From positions 1,899-65,898 of the IMG/VR virus record IMGVR_UViG_3300042887_002440: a stretch of 64,000 nt of DNA; one strand, given 5' to 3'. Positions 49,721 to 58,396 of this stretch are shown here, one piece after another (position 1 is the first letter of the stretch; each line of letters opens with the position of its first letter). The notes beneath the pieces were generated by a model. That model ran no database searches, was not told where the DNA came from, and saw nothing but the letters and a program-made list of their open reading frames with translations. Both the position numbers and the translations under genes were made by a program. The stretch comes from a virus. Its lineage: Duplodnaviria; Caudoviricetes.

Positions 49721-49839
49721 TTTAATCCTCTTCGAGGATCTGCTTCGCAGAAATCTTATTTTTTATTAATGTTAAGGAACGAAGCGTCAGCGAAGTTCCT
49801 AACAACCGATTAAGTATAATATAAACTAAAATTTTGATT

Positions 49840-49895
49840 AAGTCAAGAACTATTTTGTAATTTGTTAATTTTTAACGACAAATAGTTCTTGACTT
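49840..49895. repeat. Perfect 16-bp inverted repeat
   Basis: AAGTCAAGAACTATTT (49840-49855) and AAATAGTTCTTGACTT (49880-49895). Confidence 0.92.
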
Positions 49896-49933
49896 GTTTT
49901 TAGTGCTTGTTGAAAATGTTGTAAAAATAGTTG

Positions 49934-49962
49934 TTGACTTTTTTAAATTTTTATGCTATAAT
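49934..49962 (+). promoter_or_regulatory. Sigma70-type promoter of gp55
   Basis: TTGACT-N17-TATAAT with an extended -10 TG. Confidence 0.85.
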
Positions 49963-49985
49963 CATGTATAGAATATAATAATGAG

Positions 49986-50651
49986 GTGGATATGAAAGAA
50001 TTAAAATTTGATTTTGAAGAAGATTTTGTTATAGAAGAAAATTTTGATATTTTAAGCGAAGAACCGGAAGATATACCTGTTGTTACTAAAGTTAAACGCA
50101 AAAAAGTTACACGAGAATATATAAATAATGCAGATTTTTGTGCAGCTTTAGAGAAATATAAAGCTGATTGCGTTTTAGCGAAAGAAGAAGGCAGAATTAA
50201 ACCTAGAATTCCGAATTATATCGGCGAATGCTTTGTTAAATTATCAGAGGGATTAGCTCGTAGACCTAATTTTTTTGGTTATTCATATAAAGACGAAATG
50301 ATTGCTGATGGAATTGAAAATTGTTTAATGTATTTTGAAAATTTTGATTCGGAAAAAACGAAAAACCCATTTGCTTATTTTACTCAAATTCTTTGGTGGT
50401 GTTTTGTTCGTAGGATCCAAAAAGAAAAAAAACAACAGTATATAAAATATAAAGCAACAGAAAATTTCGGTATTCTTGATGAAGCTGAGTTATTGGAACT
50501 TGGCGAAGGTCAAATTAAACAAATTGAAGTTTATGATAATATGTATGATTTTATTCAAAAATTTGAAGATACTGAATTTAAAAAAGCTGTTAAAATTCCT
50601 GTAGCAAAAAAGAAAAAAGCCAAAGGAATTGAAACATTTTTAGAGGACTAA
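49986..50651 (+). CDS. gp55: Late transcription sigma factor
   Basis: YINN.DF, YIGECF.K....L..RPNF..YSY.DEMI.DGIENC and NPFAYFTQI...F.RRIQ.EK motifs. Confidence 0.96.
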   Translation: MDMKELKFDFEEDFVIEENFDILSEEPEDIPVVTKVKRKKVTREYINNADFCAALEKYKADCVLAKEEGRIKPRIPNYIGECFVKLSEGLARRPNFFGYSYKDEMIADGIENCLMYFENFDSEKTKNPFAYFTQILWWCFVRRIQKEKKQQYIKYKATENFGILDEAELLELGEGQIKQIEVYDNMYDFIQKFEDTEFKKAVKIPVAKKKKAKGIETFLED

Positions 50652-51379
50652 TATGGAAATTCAGGAAAATACCTTTTCGCTTTTGCTTTATCGTATTCTT
50701 TCTTGGTTTCAATAATACAAATAAATTTTTTACGTTTAATATTTTTTGTTACTCGATCTTTATTTTCTTTTCTGTATGCTTTTCTAGGGTTTGTTTCTTG
50801 TTTTCGTTTAGTATTAAATGTTAGCCCTGTATACCATCCATTAGGTATTTCGTTTTTATGTTTTACTGTAGAATTTAATATGCCATTAGTAATTCTAATT
50901 TTATTGGACATTGGATTATTTTTACCTGATACGTTTGCGTGATTTTTTGATATCTTTTCTTTACTATCTTTTGTTCGGGGTTTATTATAATTTGGGTGTT
51001 TTTCTTTCGAAACATCTCTACCGAAAAACCCATTTGGCGCGGCGTATGCCATGTTAACAAATAATGGATTTTTAACAACATTAAAAATTTTTTGAATTTG
51101 TAATTCTTTGTGCGTTGCTTCTGGTCTTGTATCATGATAAGAAATTATTTGAATGGAAAATAAATGAGGGTTTTCTTTTAATTCGGATTCCCAAATATTT
51201 TTGTAGAATTTTGATTTTACAGATCCCATATAACCAGATTTGATACTATTGATTGCAGATGAACCGATGTAATTTGATGGGATTATATTTGAATTATTTT
51301 TTGGTGGTAACTTATCGCCTGAGTATGTAATATGATAAACGCAGTATTTTTGTTCAGTATAAGTATTTGTGCTGAACAT
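50648..51379 (-). mobile_element. Free-standing GIY-YIG (Seg-like) homing endonuclease gene with NUMOD-like repeats, antisense to neighbours
   Basis: YCVYHITY...NYIGSS...GYMGS, E...Q; HPNYNK and GKNNPM repeats; AGGAGA RBS supports the ATG at 51379. Confidence 0.78.
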
Positions 51380-51450
51380 AGTTGTCTCCTTAGATAACAC
51401 GGTTAATGTTTAGTGCTACTGGATATGGGGATATCGCGAGTAGCTTTTTT
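51371..51450 (+). ncRNA. Putative structured antisense sRNA over the endonuclease start (copy 1)
   Basis: TATAAGTA 5 nt upstream; two hairpins; U-tract; same architecture as 62156-62232. Confidence 0.5.
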
Positions 51451-51477
51451 ATTATTTATTATTTTTTGGATTTTGTT

Positions 51478-52542
51478 ATGAGTAAAATAGCTTTTCTTGG
51501 TGATTGTCATTTCGGTGCAAGAGGTGACAGTATGTATTTTCATAAATTTTTTCAAAAATTTTATGATGATGTATTTTTTCCTTATCTTATACAAAATAAT
51601 ATAAGCACTGTTATTCAACTAGGGGATTTATTTGATAGAAGAAAATATACGAATCATATAACGTTATTTGAAGCTAATAATTATTTCTTTTCTAAATTCG
51701 ATGCATTTGATATTAAATTAATAACATTACTGGGAAACCACGATTTAGCGTACAAAGAATCATTAAGCATTAGTAGTTCTGGGTTATTTTTAAAGCAATT
51801 TAAAAATGTAACTGTTGTTCAAGAACCAACAAGACTACTTAATGGAATTTCTATTATTCCTTGGATTTGTAAAGAAAACTATCAAGAATGTTTAGATTTT
51901 ATTAAAACGGATACATCAAGCGTTTGCGTCGGTCATTTTGAAATTCAAGGTTTTAAAATGTACCAGAGCAGTATTTTGTCCGAGCATGGATTGTCTGCTA
52001 AAATGTTTTCAAATTATGAAACAGTATTATCTGGGCATTATCATCATGCATCTAAACGAGGAAATATTGAATACATAGGTACTCCTTATGAAATGACATG
52101 GCAAGATTTTGGTGACCCAAAAGGTTTTCGCGTTTTTGATTTGGAAACCAGAGAATTAGATACTGTAAAAAATCCAAACTCAATATTTTATAAAATGGAA
52201 TATGATGATTCTGGTAGCGGCGATGTTACTACATCAAGTTATCTTGATACAAAATTTTTATCTGAGGTTATAGGTAAATATGTCAAAATACAAGTAAAAG
52301 CAAAAACTAACCCATATCTATTTGATTTATTTGTTGATAGAGTTTATGCCAATAATCCTATAGATGTTTCTATTACTGAAGATGTTGTTGATTTAGAAAT
52401 TGAAGAAGATGTTGATGAAACTGATGATACATTAACAATTACTTACAAATATATTGATAGTATAAATCAACAAGAATTAGATAAAAATAAATTGAAGACT
52501 ATGATGTCTAATCTATATACTGAAGCTATGGCGGTTGAATAA
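51478..52542 (+). CDS. gp47: Recombination nuclease subunit (Mre11/SbcD-like)
   Basis: GDCHFG, LGDLFD.R, GNHD, GHFE and SGHYH motifs; start re-assigned to MSKIAFLGD at 51478. Confidence 0.95.
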   Translation: MSKIAFLGDCHFGARGDSMYFHKFFQKFYDDVFFPYLIQNNISTVIQLGDLFDRRKYTNHITLFEANNYFFSKFDAFDIKLITLLGNHDLAYKESLSISSSGLFLKQFKNVTVVQEPTRLLNGISIIPWICKENYQECLDFIKTDTSSVCVGHFEIQGFKMYQSSILSEHGLSAKMFSNYETVLSGHYHHASKRGNIEYIGTPYEMTWQDFGDPKGFRVFDLETRELDTVKNPNSIFYKMEYDDSGSGDVTTSSYLDTKFLSEVIGKYVKIQVKAKTNPYLFDLFVDRVYANNPIDVSITEDVVDLEIEEDVDETDDTLTITYKYIDSINQQELDKNKLKTMMSNLYTEAMAVE

Positions 52543-54263
52543 TGGTAATTTTTGAAGTAATCCGGTTTAAAAACTTTCTGTCCTATGGAAATAATTTTAC
52601 TGAAATATTATTAAATACAGATAGAACTACTTTATCTACTGGTATTAATGGGCAAGGTAAATCAACATTTATTGATGCAATTACTTTTGCTCTTTATGGA
52701 AAACCTTTTAGAAAAATTAACAAAAGTGGTTTAATAAATTCAATTAATAAATCTGAACTTGTAACTGAAATTGAATTTTCTATTGGACCAAATAAATATA
52801 AAATTATTCGTGGTATTAAACCAAATATTTTTGAAGTTTATTGTAATGGGGATTTAGTTCGTCAAGATGCAAAAGTAAAAGATTATCAAGAACAACTTGA
52901 GCGTTATATACTTAAAATGAGTTATAAATCTTTTACTCAAGTTGTTATTCTTGGTTCAGCTAGATATACTCCTTTTATGCAGTTATCAGCTGGAGATAGA
53001 CGTTCTGTTATTGAAGATTTGCTTGATATTCAAATTTTTTCCAATATGAACTCTATTGTTAAAGATAAAGTTTCTGAAATTAAAGAAACTGTTCAGGATT
53101 GTAAATTTAACATTGAGTTATTCAAAGATAAAATTGAATTACAAAAACAAAATATTAAACGTAACAATCAAGTTTCTGATGAATTAATCTTAAGAAAAAA
53201 AGAATTAATAGCAAATACTTTTGTTGAAGTTGAAGATTTACAGAAAACTATTTCTGAATTATTATCTGAAAATGAAGAGTTAGGTCAAGAAATTTCTGAT
53301 TTGGAAATTGTTGAAAAAAAGAAAAATAAATTATTATTAATTGAAGGTAAACTGCGTAATAATATATCTAAAGTTGAAAAAGATAATACATTTTATCATT
53401 CGAATGATAATTGCCCAACATGTAAACAATCAATTGATTCTGTATTTAAACAAGAAATTATTGAAAAAAATAACGATAAATTAATTGAACTTGTTGATGG
53501 TGAAACTAAATTATCTGAAGAATTAAAAGTTGTAACTGATCGATTAGTTGCTATATCAAAGATAAATGCTAAAATATTAAAAAATTCAACTATTTTATCT
53601 GAAAAAAATTCTAATGTAGTTTCTGCTCAGAAATATATAAAATTAGTTTCTAATGAAATTGACCAATTAAAAGATTCAACAAATACTGCTGATAATGGTT
53701 CTGATAAATTGCAAGAATTAATTGAATCATTAGATGTTTATGTAGAAAAATATGAAGAATATATAACTGAGAAGAGTTATTATGATTTTATTTCTGTTAT
53801 GTTAAAAGATGGCGGAATTAAAACTCGTATAATTAAACAGTATCTTCCTATTTTAAACAAATATATAAATCAGTATTTGTCTCAATTGGATTTCTTTGTT
53901 AATTTTAATATTAATGAAAATTTTGAAGAAGTAATTAAATCCCGTCATAGAGATGAATTTACATATGCTAATTTCTCCGAGGGTGAAAAAACTAGATTGG
54001 ATTTAGCTATTTTATTTTCTTTTAGACAATTAGCTAGATTAAAAAATTCAGTTAATACCAATTTATTAATTTTAGATGAAATTATGGATGGTAGTTTAGA
54101 TACTGGTGGTACTGATGTTTTTATGAATTTATTATCGTCAGTAGATAAAAATACAAATATATTTGTGATTAGTCATAAATCCGATCAAGTATCAGATAAA
54201 TTTGATACTGTACTAAAATTTGAAAAGATTAAGAATTTCTCTAAAATGAAGGTTGTGCAATGA
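52542..54263 (+). CDS. gp46: Recombination ATPase subunit (Rad50/SbcC-like)
   Basis: G.NGQGKST, CPTC zinc hook, FSEGEK signature, LILDE and ISH motifs. Confidence 0.96.
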   Translation: MVIFEVIRFKNFLSYGNNFTEILLNTDRTTLSTGINGQGKSTFIDAITFALYGKPFRKINKSGLINSINKSELVTEIEFSIGPNKYKIIRGIKPNIFEVYCNGDLVRQDAKVKDYQEQLERYILKMSYKSFTQVVILGSARYTPFMQLSAGDRRSVIEDLLDIQIFSNMNSIVKDKVSEIKETVQDCKFNIELFKDKIELQKQNIKRNNQVSDELILRKKELIANTFVEVEDLQKTISELLSENEELGQEISDLEIVEKKKNKLLLIEGKLRNNISKVEKDNTFYHSNDNCPTCKQSIDSVFKQEIIEKNNDKLIELVDGETKLSEELKVVTDRLVAISKINAKILKNSTILSEKNSNVVSAQKYIKLVSNEIDQLKDSTNTADNGSDKLQELIESLDVYVEKYEEYITEKSYYDFISVMLKDGGIKTRIIKQYLPILNKYINQYLSQLDFFVNFNINENFEEVIKSRHRDEFTYANFSEGEKTRLDLAILFSFRQLARLKNSVNTNLLILDEIMDGSLDTGGTDVFMNLLSSVDKNTNIFVISHKSDQVSDKFDTVLKFEKIKNFSKMKVVQ

Positions 54264-54853
54264 ATAATGAATTAATATATAATACTGCTGATATAGTTTC
54301 TCAGGCTGCAGCAGTGCCTGAACCTCAATTTCTTGGTTATGAATTATGCGATCAAAACGATTCCATTCTTACTACAAAATTAAAAAATTTTGATTTTACT
54401 GATACTTCTTTAAATCCAAGCGAAATTGCTTCTAGATTAATTGCTACCTGTAAATTACATAAAGTATATGGAATTGCTGCAAATCAATGCGGATTAGATC
54501 ATAATGTACTAGTTGCAGGAGCAGAAGATAATTATGTTGCATTTTTTAACCCTATTGTTATTGAATCGCATGGCGAAATTTTATTAGAAGAATCTGATTT
54601 GAGTAATATGGGTTTATTAATGGCAGTTAAACGCCCTACTACAGTTATTGTTTCATATCAAGATTTCGAAGGAAATGGAAAAATGACTAGGTTCGATGGT
54701 TTAACCTCAAGAATTATCCAACAAGGAATAGATAGATTAAATGGAATTGATTTTAAAACTAAAGTTTCTAAATTTGTCCTGGAACGAGCCGAAACTGCAT
54801 TAAATAAAAAAATTAAGAAATTTGTACGAAGCCAAATGATTATTAAAAAGTGA
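54260..54853 (+). CDS. Peptide deformylase-like protein with degenerate metal site
   Basis: GIAANQCG and FFNP.I retained; EGCLS replaced by ESDLS; HExDH replaced by QGIDR. Confidence 0.8.
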   Translation: MNNELIYNTADIVSQAAAVPEPQFLGYELCDQNDSILTTKLKNFDFTDTSLNPSEIASRLIATCKLHKVYGIAANQCGLDHNVLVAGAEDNYVAFFNPIVIESHGEILLEESDLSNMGLLMAVKRPTTVIVSYQDFEGNGKMTRFDGLTSRIIQQGIDRLNGIDFKTKVSKFVLERAETALNKKIKKFVRSQMIIKK

Positions 54854-54854
54854 G

Positions 54855-55169
54855 GTGAAAATGGCAAAAAATAAATGCCAACCGTGTATAACTATTTCTA
54901 CTATTTGGAAATTAGCGAAAATACATTTTAAACATTTTATGGAGGATGTTCGGGCATTTAATATCGTTCAGGAATATTCTTGTAAAATTTATTATGACGA
55001 GAATATTTGTAAAACTGCTTTAATTTCATCTAGAGAAGCTGAAATGATTAAAAAGGTACGAGAAACTGCTGCATCTAAATATAATTCTACTATCACCGAA
55101 CAGATATTCGCAATACCAGAAGATGTGCAAAATAAAATTAATGAACAACTTATAGAAGAGACTACTTAA
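54855..55169 (+). CDS. Hypothetical protein
   Basis: ORF fills the gap in the operon; no recognisable motif. Confidence 0.55.
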   Translation: MKMAKNKCQPCITISTIWKLAKIHFKHFMEDVRAFNIVQEYSCKIYYDENICKTALISSREAEMIKKVRETAASKYNSTITEQIFAIPEDVQNKINEQLIEETT

Positions 55170-55172
55170 ATT

Positions 55173-55967
55173 ATGGAAATTCAATTATCAAAAGAAAACT
55201 TAGAAGGTAAAAAATTATTTATTGCTACTCCAATGTATGGAGGTAGTTGTCTTGGTGCATATATGAAAGCTTGTTTGGATTTACAAGCAGTTGCAATTCA
55301 ATATGGCATTGAAATTAAATTTTCGTTTTTATTTAATGAAAGTTTGATTCAGAGAGCAAGAAATTATTTAGTTGATGAATTTTTACGTTCTGATTGCACG
55401 CATATGATGTTTATTGATGCGGATATTGGTTTTAATCCATTGGATGTTATTGCTATGTTAGTATTAGATAAAGATATTATCGGTGCGCCATATCCAAAGA
55501 AAACAATTAAATGGGAAAATATTAAAAAAGCTATTATCAAAAATCCGAATATTTCTACTACTGAATTAGAAAGATTAGGCGGCGATATTGTATTTAATCC
55601 TGTTGCGGGAACTAAGCAGTTTAATGTTACTGAACCTCTACAAGTTCTTGAAATCGGAACTGGTATGATGATGATTCGTAAAGACGTTTTAGGTAAATTT
55701 AAAGAAGCATTTCCTCAATACGAATATACGCCTGATCATGTTGGTACACAACATTTTGGTGGTGATCGAAAAATTCATTCATATTTTAATGTTGAAATTG
55801 ATGAAGAATCTAATCGTGTATTGAGCGAAGATTATCATTTCTGTCAACAATGTAGAAAGATTGGAATTGAAGTTTGGATGGCGCCATGGGTTAATTGCGT
55901 TCATGTTGGTAGTTATCAATTTCAAGGTAATTTACCTGCTGTAGCTAATTATCTCGGCGAATTGTAA
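55173..55967 (+). CDS. GT-A fold glycosyltransferase-like protein
   Basis: IATPMYGG, ESLIQRARN, FIDADI (DxD), GTGMM.I and LSEDY.FC motifs. Confidence 0.8.
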   Translation: MEIQLSKENLEGKKLFIATPMYGGSCLGAYMKACLDLQAVAIQYGIEIKFSFLFNESLIQRARNYLVDEFLRSDCTHMMFIDADIGFNPLDVIAMLVLDKDIIGAPYPKKTIKWENIKKAIIKNPNISTTELERLGGDIVFNPVAGTKQFNVTEPLQVLEIGTGMMMIRKDVLGKFKEAFPQYEYTPDHVGTQHFGGDRKIHSYFNVEIDEESNRVLSEDYHFCQQCRKIGIEVWMAPWVNCVHVGSYQFQGNLPAVANYLGEL

Positions 55968-55985
55968 AATAATTTAAAAAAATGC

Positions 55986-56023
55986 TTGACTTTATAGAGG
56001 TGTTAATATATAATACCTCTATA
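55986..56023 (+). promoter_or_regulatory. Sigma70-type promoter of the tRNA cluster, overlapped by an inverted repeat
   Basis: TTGACT (55986)-N17-TATAAT (56009); TATAGAGGTGTTA/TAATACCTCTATA arms. A late TATAAATA also lies at 56087-56094. Confidence 0.8.
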
Positions 56024-56115
56024 GTAAAAAAATAAAAATAATTTTAAAAAAGTTGTAAAATTTGACTAAATAGAATAAAGTATTTTTATAAATAGATACT
56101 TTACTAAGAATATTT

Positions 56116-56190
56116 GCCTCTTTAGTATAATGGCTATTACAGTTGACTTGTAATCTTCAGATCTCAGTTCGATTCTGGGAAGAGGCTCCA
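56116..56190 (+). tRNA. tRNA-Thr(UGU)
   Basis: GCCTCTT/AAGAGGC acceptor stem, TTCGA T-loop, CCA end; anticodon stem has two U-U mismatches. Confidence 0.82.
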
Positions 56191-56198
56191 AATTATTA

Positions 56199-56275
56199 CT
56201 CCCATTAGCTCAGTCTGGTAGAGCGATCCGTTTGGGGCGGATAGGTCGGCAGTTCGAATCTGTCATGGGAGACCA
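56199..56275 (+). tRNA. tRNA-Pro(UGG)
   Basis: CTCCCAT/ATGGGAG acceptor stem, ATCCG-TTTGGGG-CGGAT anticodon arm, CCA. Confidence 0.93.
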
Positions 56276-56282
56276 AATATTA

Positions 56283-56358
56283 TGCGAGGTATGTCAGCGG
56301 TAGACGGCTAGGCTCATAACCTAGAGGACGTTGGTTCGATTCCAACCCTTCGCATCCA
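56283..56358 (+). tRNA. tRNA-Met(CAU)
   Basis: CTAGG-CTCATAA-CCTAG anticodon arm, GTTGG-TTCGATT-CCAAC T-arm, CCA; one extra nucleotide at the acceptor stem. Confidence 0.85.
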
Positions 56359-56382
56359 AATTTGTTTAGTGAGAATTATATT

Positions 56383-56994
56383 ATGATTATAGGTTTACTT
56401 GGGTTTATTGGTTCCGGTAAAGGAACTGCTGGTGATATTTTAGTAGAAAATGATTTTACTGCTTTATCTTTTGCTGGTTCATTAAAAGATGCTGTATCTT
56501 CTATTTTTGGTTGGGATAGAGCCTTATTAGAAGGAGATACTGAAGAATCACGAGTTTTTCGTGAAACTGTTGATGATTTTTGGTCAGTTAAATTTGGTAA
56601 ATCTATAACGCCTAGATATATTTTACAATATTTTGGTACAGAAGTTTGCAGAAATAATTTGCTTGATAGTATTTGGGTTGATTCTCTAGAAAGAAAAATT
56701 AAACAGTATGATAACGTAGTTATTACTGATGTTAGATTTAAAAATGAAATTAGTTTTTTAAGGTCTATTGGAGCTAAATTTATACATATTGATAGAAAAG
56801 AAACTAGACCTGAATGGTATGGATTTCTTGACTCGGTAGATAGACCTGTATTTGTGGCTTATGCTGAAGCTAGAGATATTCATAAATCTGAATATGAATG
56901 GTATAGTAATCCTCATATTGATTATATAATTCAAAATGATGGAACTCTACAAGAATTAGAGTTAAAGATATTAGATGTAATTGTAAATGATTAA
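56383..56994 (+). CDS. gp1: Deoxynucleoside monophosphate kinase
   Basis: IIGLLGFIGSGKGT, FA..LKD, TPR.ILQ.FGTEV.R and ITDVRF.NE motifs; start at MIIG. Confidence 0.92.
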   Translation: MIIGLLGFIGSGKGTAGDILVENDFTALSFAGSLKDAVSSIFGWDRALLEGDTEESRVFRETVDDFWSVKFGKSITPRYILQYFGTEVCRNNLLDSIWVDSLERKIKQYDNVVITDVRFKNEISFLRSIGAKFIHIDRKETRPEWYGFLDSVDRPVFVAYAEARDIHKSEYEWYSNPHIDYIIQNDGTLQELELKILDVIVND

Positions 56995-57002
56995 AAGATA
57001 AA

Positions 57003-57079
57003 TCCCAGATGGGCGCAAGGTGTGCCAGCTGACTGTTAATCAGTTTATCAGGTAGGTTCGATTCCTACTCTGGGAGCCA
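57003..57079 (+). tRNA. tRNA-Asn(GUU)
   Basis: TCCCAGA/TCTGGGA acceptor stem, GCTGA-CTGTTAA-TCAGT anticodon arm, CCA. Confidence 0.9.
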
Positions 57080-57096
57080 AATAAGACCCATTAGGT

Positions 57097-57170
57097 GTGA
57101 CTATGACGGAATTGGTAGACGTCCTCGATTGTGATTCGAGATTTTGTGGGTTCAAGTCCCACTAGTCACC
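57097..57170 (+). tRNA. tRNA-His(GUG) lacking encoded G-1 and CCA
   Basis: GTGACTA/TAGTCAC acceptor stem, CTCGA-TTGTGAT-TCGAG anticodon arm, C73; followed by CCT. Confidence 0.82.
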
Positions 57171-57248
57171 CCTAATGGGTTTAAAAAATAAATATGTAAT
57201 AGAAGTCAACTATTGGCTTTATTCAAATTTATATAAAGGAATATATTA

Positions 57249-58292
57249 ATGTTAAGATTTAAAACGTTTATTAATGAACAACAAGCTGCTGAACATGTTG
57301 GATATACTGCTGATTTATATTTGCACCCAACAGAAAAGCCTATTGTTTATATTTATAAAAAAGGCGTTCCTCTTGATGAAGCAGCTAAAGATTGGTCATT
57401 GCCTACTGTAACATCAACAGACCCTAATGATCCAACTAAAACTGGAAGAATTAGAGAATTAACAAAAGATAAAATAAAATTACCATCTGATCATCATTTA
57501 AAAGCATTTTCTGAATTTAAACCTACGAATTTGAATGATCATGAAAAAACTATGGAAGAATTCCATAAACACTTAGCCGCTCATGGGTTATATTCTGCTA
57601 CAGATAAACATCCTATGCATAAAACTCCTCATATGCAAAAGTTTGAAGATGGAGTACATGATATTTTAGGTGGTGGAAAGCATGAACGTTGGCATACTGA
57701 TTCTACTGGAGCATTAGGTTCTCCTGGATCAGCTGCTGCTAGAGATGCTGCTGTATATTCTAGTAGTCATGCCTCTACTCATGTAGGCAAAATTACTGGA
57801 TATGATGATAAAAAGAAACCAATAGTTGAACCTCTAAAGCCTGGAACTAAACCTGGAACTGTTCATATTTTTGATGATTATGGCGAAAAAATTCCTGGAA
57901 CTAATCAAGGAGATAGCCAACATAAAGCTCCATCTAGGGAAGAACGAGGCGATAGACATTTTATCAGAGCTTCAGATATTAGAGCAATACCAGAAAAAGG
58001 TATTCCTAAAAAAGGTGGAAGTCATTATGATCATAATACACCAGAAGGTATTGCTGACTATATTAAAGATAAAACGCCATCAAATGAAAAAAATAATATG
58101 CACAATAAATTGCGTGTAAAAATTGGAAAATGGATATCAGATAATCCTAATCCAGCAGAAGGATCTGTTAATCATAAAAAGCGACAAAATTTATTAGCGC
58201 ATATAAATAGCGAAACTAATAGGTCACATTATAATCATGATGGTTGGGTAGAAAAACATATGAAAAATGTTGATTCTAAGGCTAAAACTTAA
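57249..58292 (+). CDS. His/Lys-rich hypothetical protein, probable internal head protein
   Basis: N-terminus MLRFKTFINE resembles T4 capsid-targeting sequences; AATAAATA late-like box upstream. Confidence 0.6.
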   Translation: MLRFKTFINEQQAAEHVGYTADLYLHPTEKPIVYIYKKGVPLDEAAKDWSLPTVTSTDPNDPTKTGRIRELTKDKIKLPSDHHLKAFSEFKPTNLNDHEKTMEEFHKHLAAHGLYSATDKHPMHKTPHMQKFEDGVHDILGGGKHERWHTDSTGALGSPGSAAARDAAVYSSSHASTHVGKITGYDDKKKPIVEPLKPGTKPGTVHIFDDYGEKIPGTNQGDSQHKAPSREERGDRHFIRASDIRAIPEKGIPKKGGSHYDHNTPEGIADYIKDKTPSNEKNNMHNKLRVKIGKWISDNPNPAEGSVNHKKRQNLLAHINSETNRSHYNHDGWVEKHMKNVDSKAKT

Positions 58293-58299
58293 AAAATAA

Positions 58300-58389
58300 G
58301 GAAGAGTGGCTGAGTGGTTTAAGGCAGCGGTCTTGAAAACCGTCGAGGGTTAGTCCCCTCCTAGAGTTCGAATCTCTACTCTTCCGCCA
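58300..58389 (+). tRNA. tRNA-Ser(UGA)
   Basis: GGAAGAG/CTCTTCC acceptor stem, long variable arm, GCGGT-CTTGAAA-ACCGT anticodon arm, CCA. Confidence 0.95.
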
Positions 58390-58396
58390 AATAAAT

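Noticed and set aside
51403-51618. ORF-track N-terminal extensions of gp47, gp44 and the two GIY-YIG genes, and ORF 51403-51618
   Set aside because: Better RBS-linked starts exist at 51478, 62264, 51379 and 62164; the extensions run through the structured non-coding cassette.
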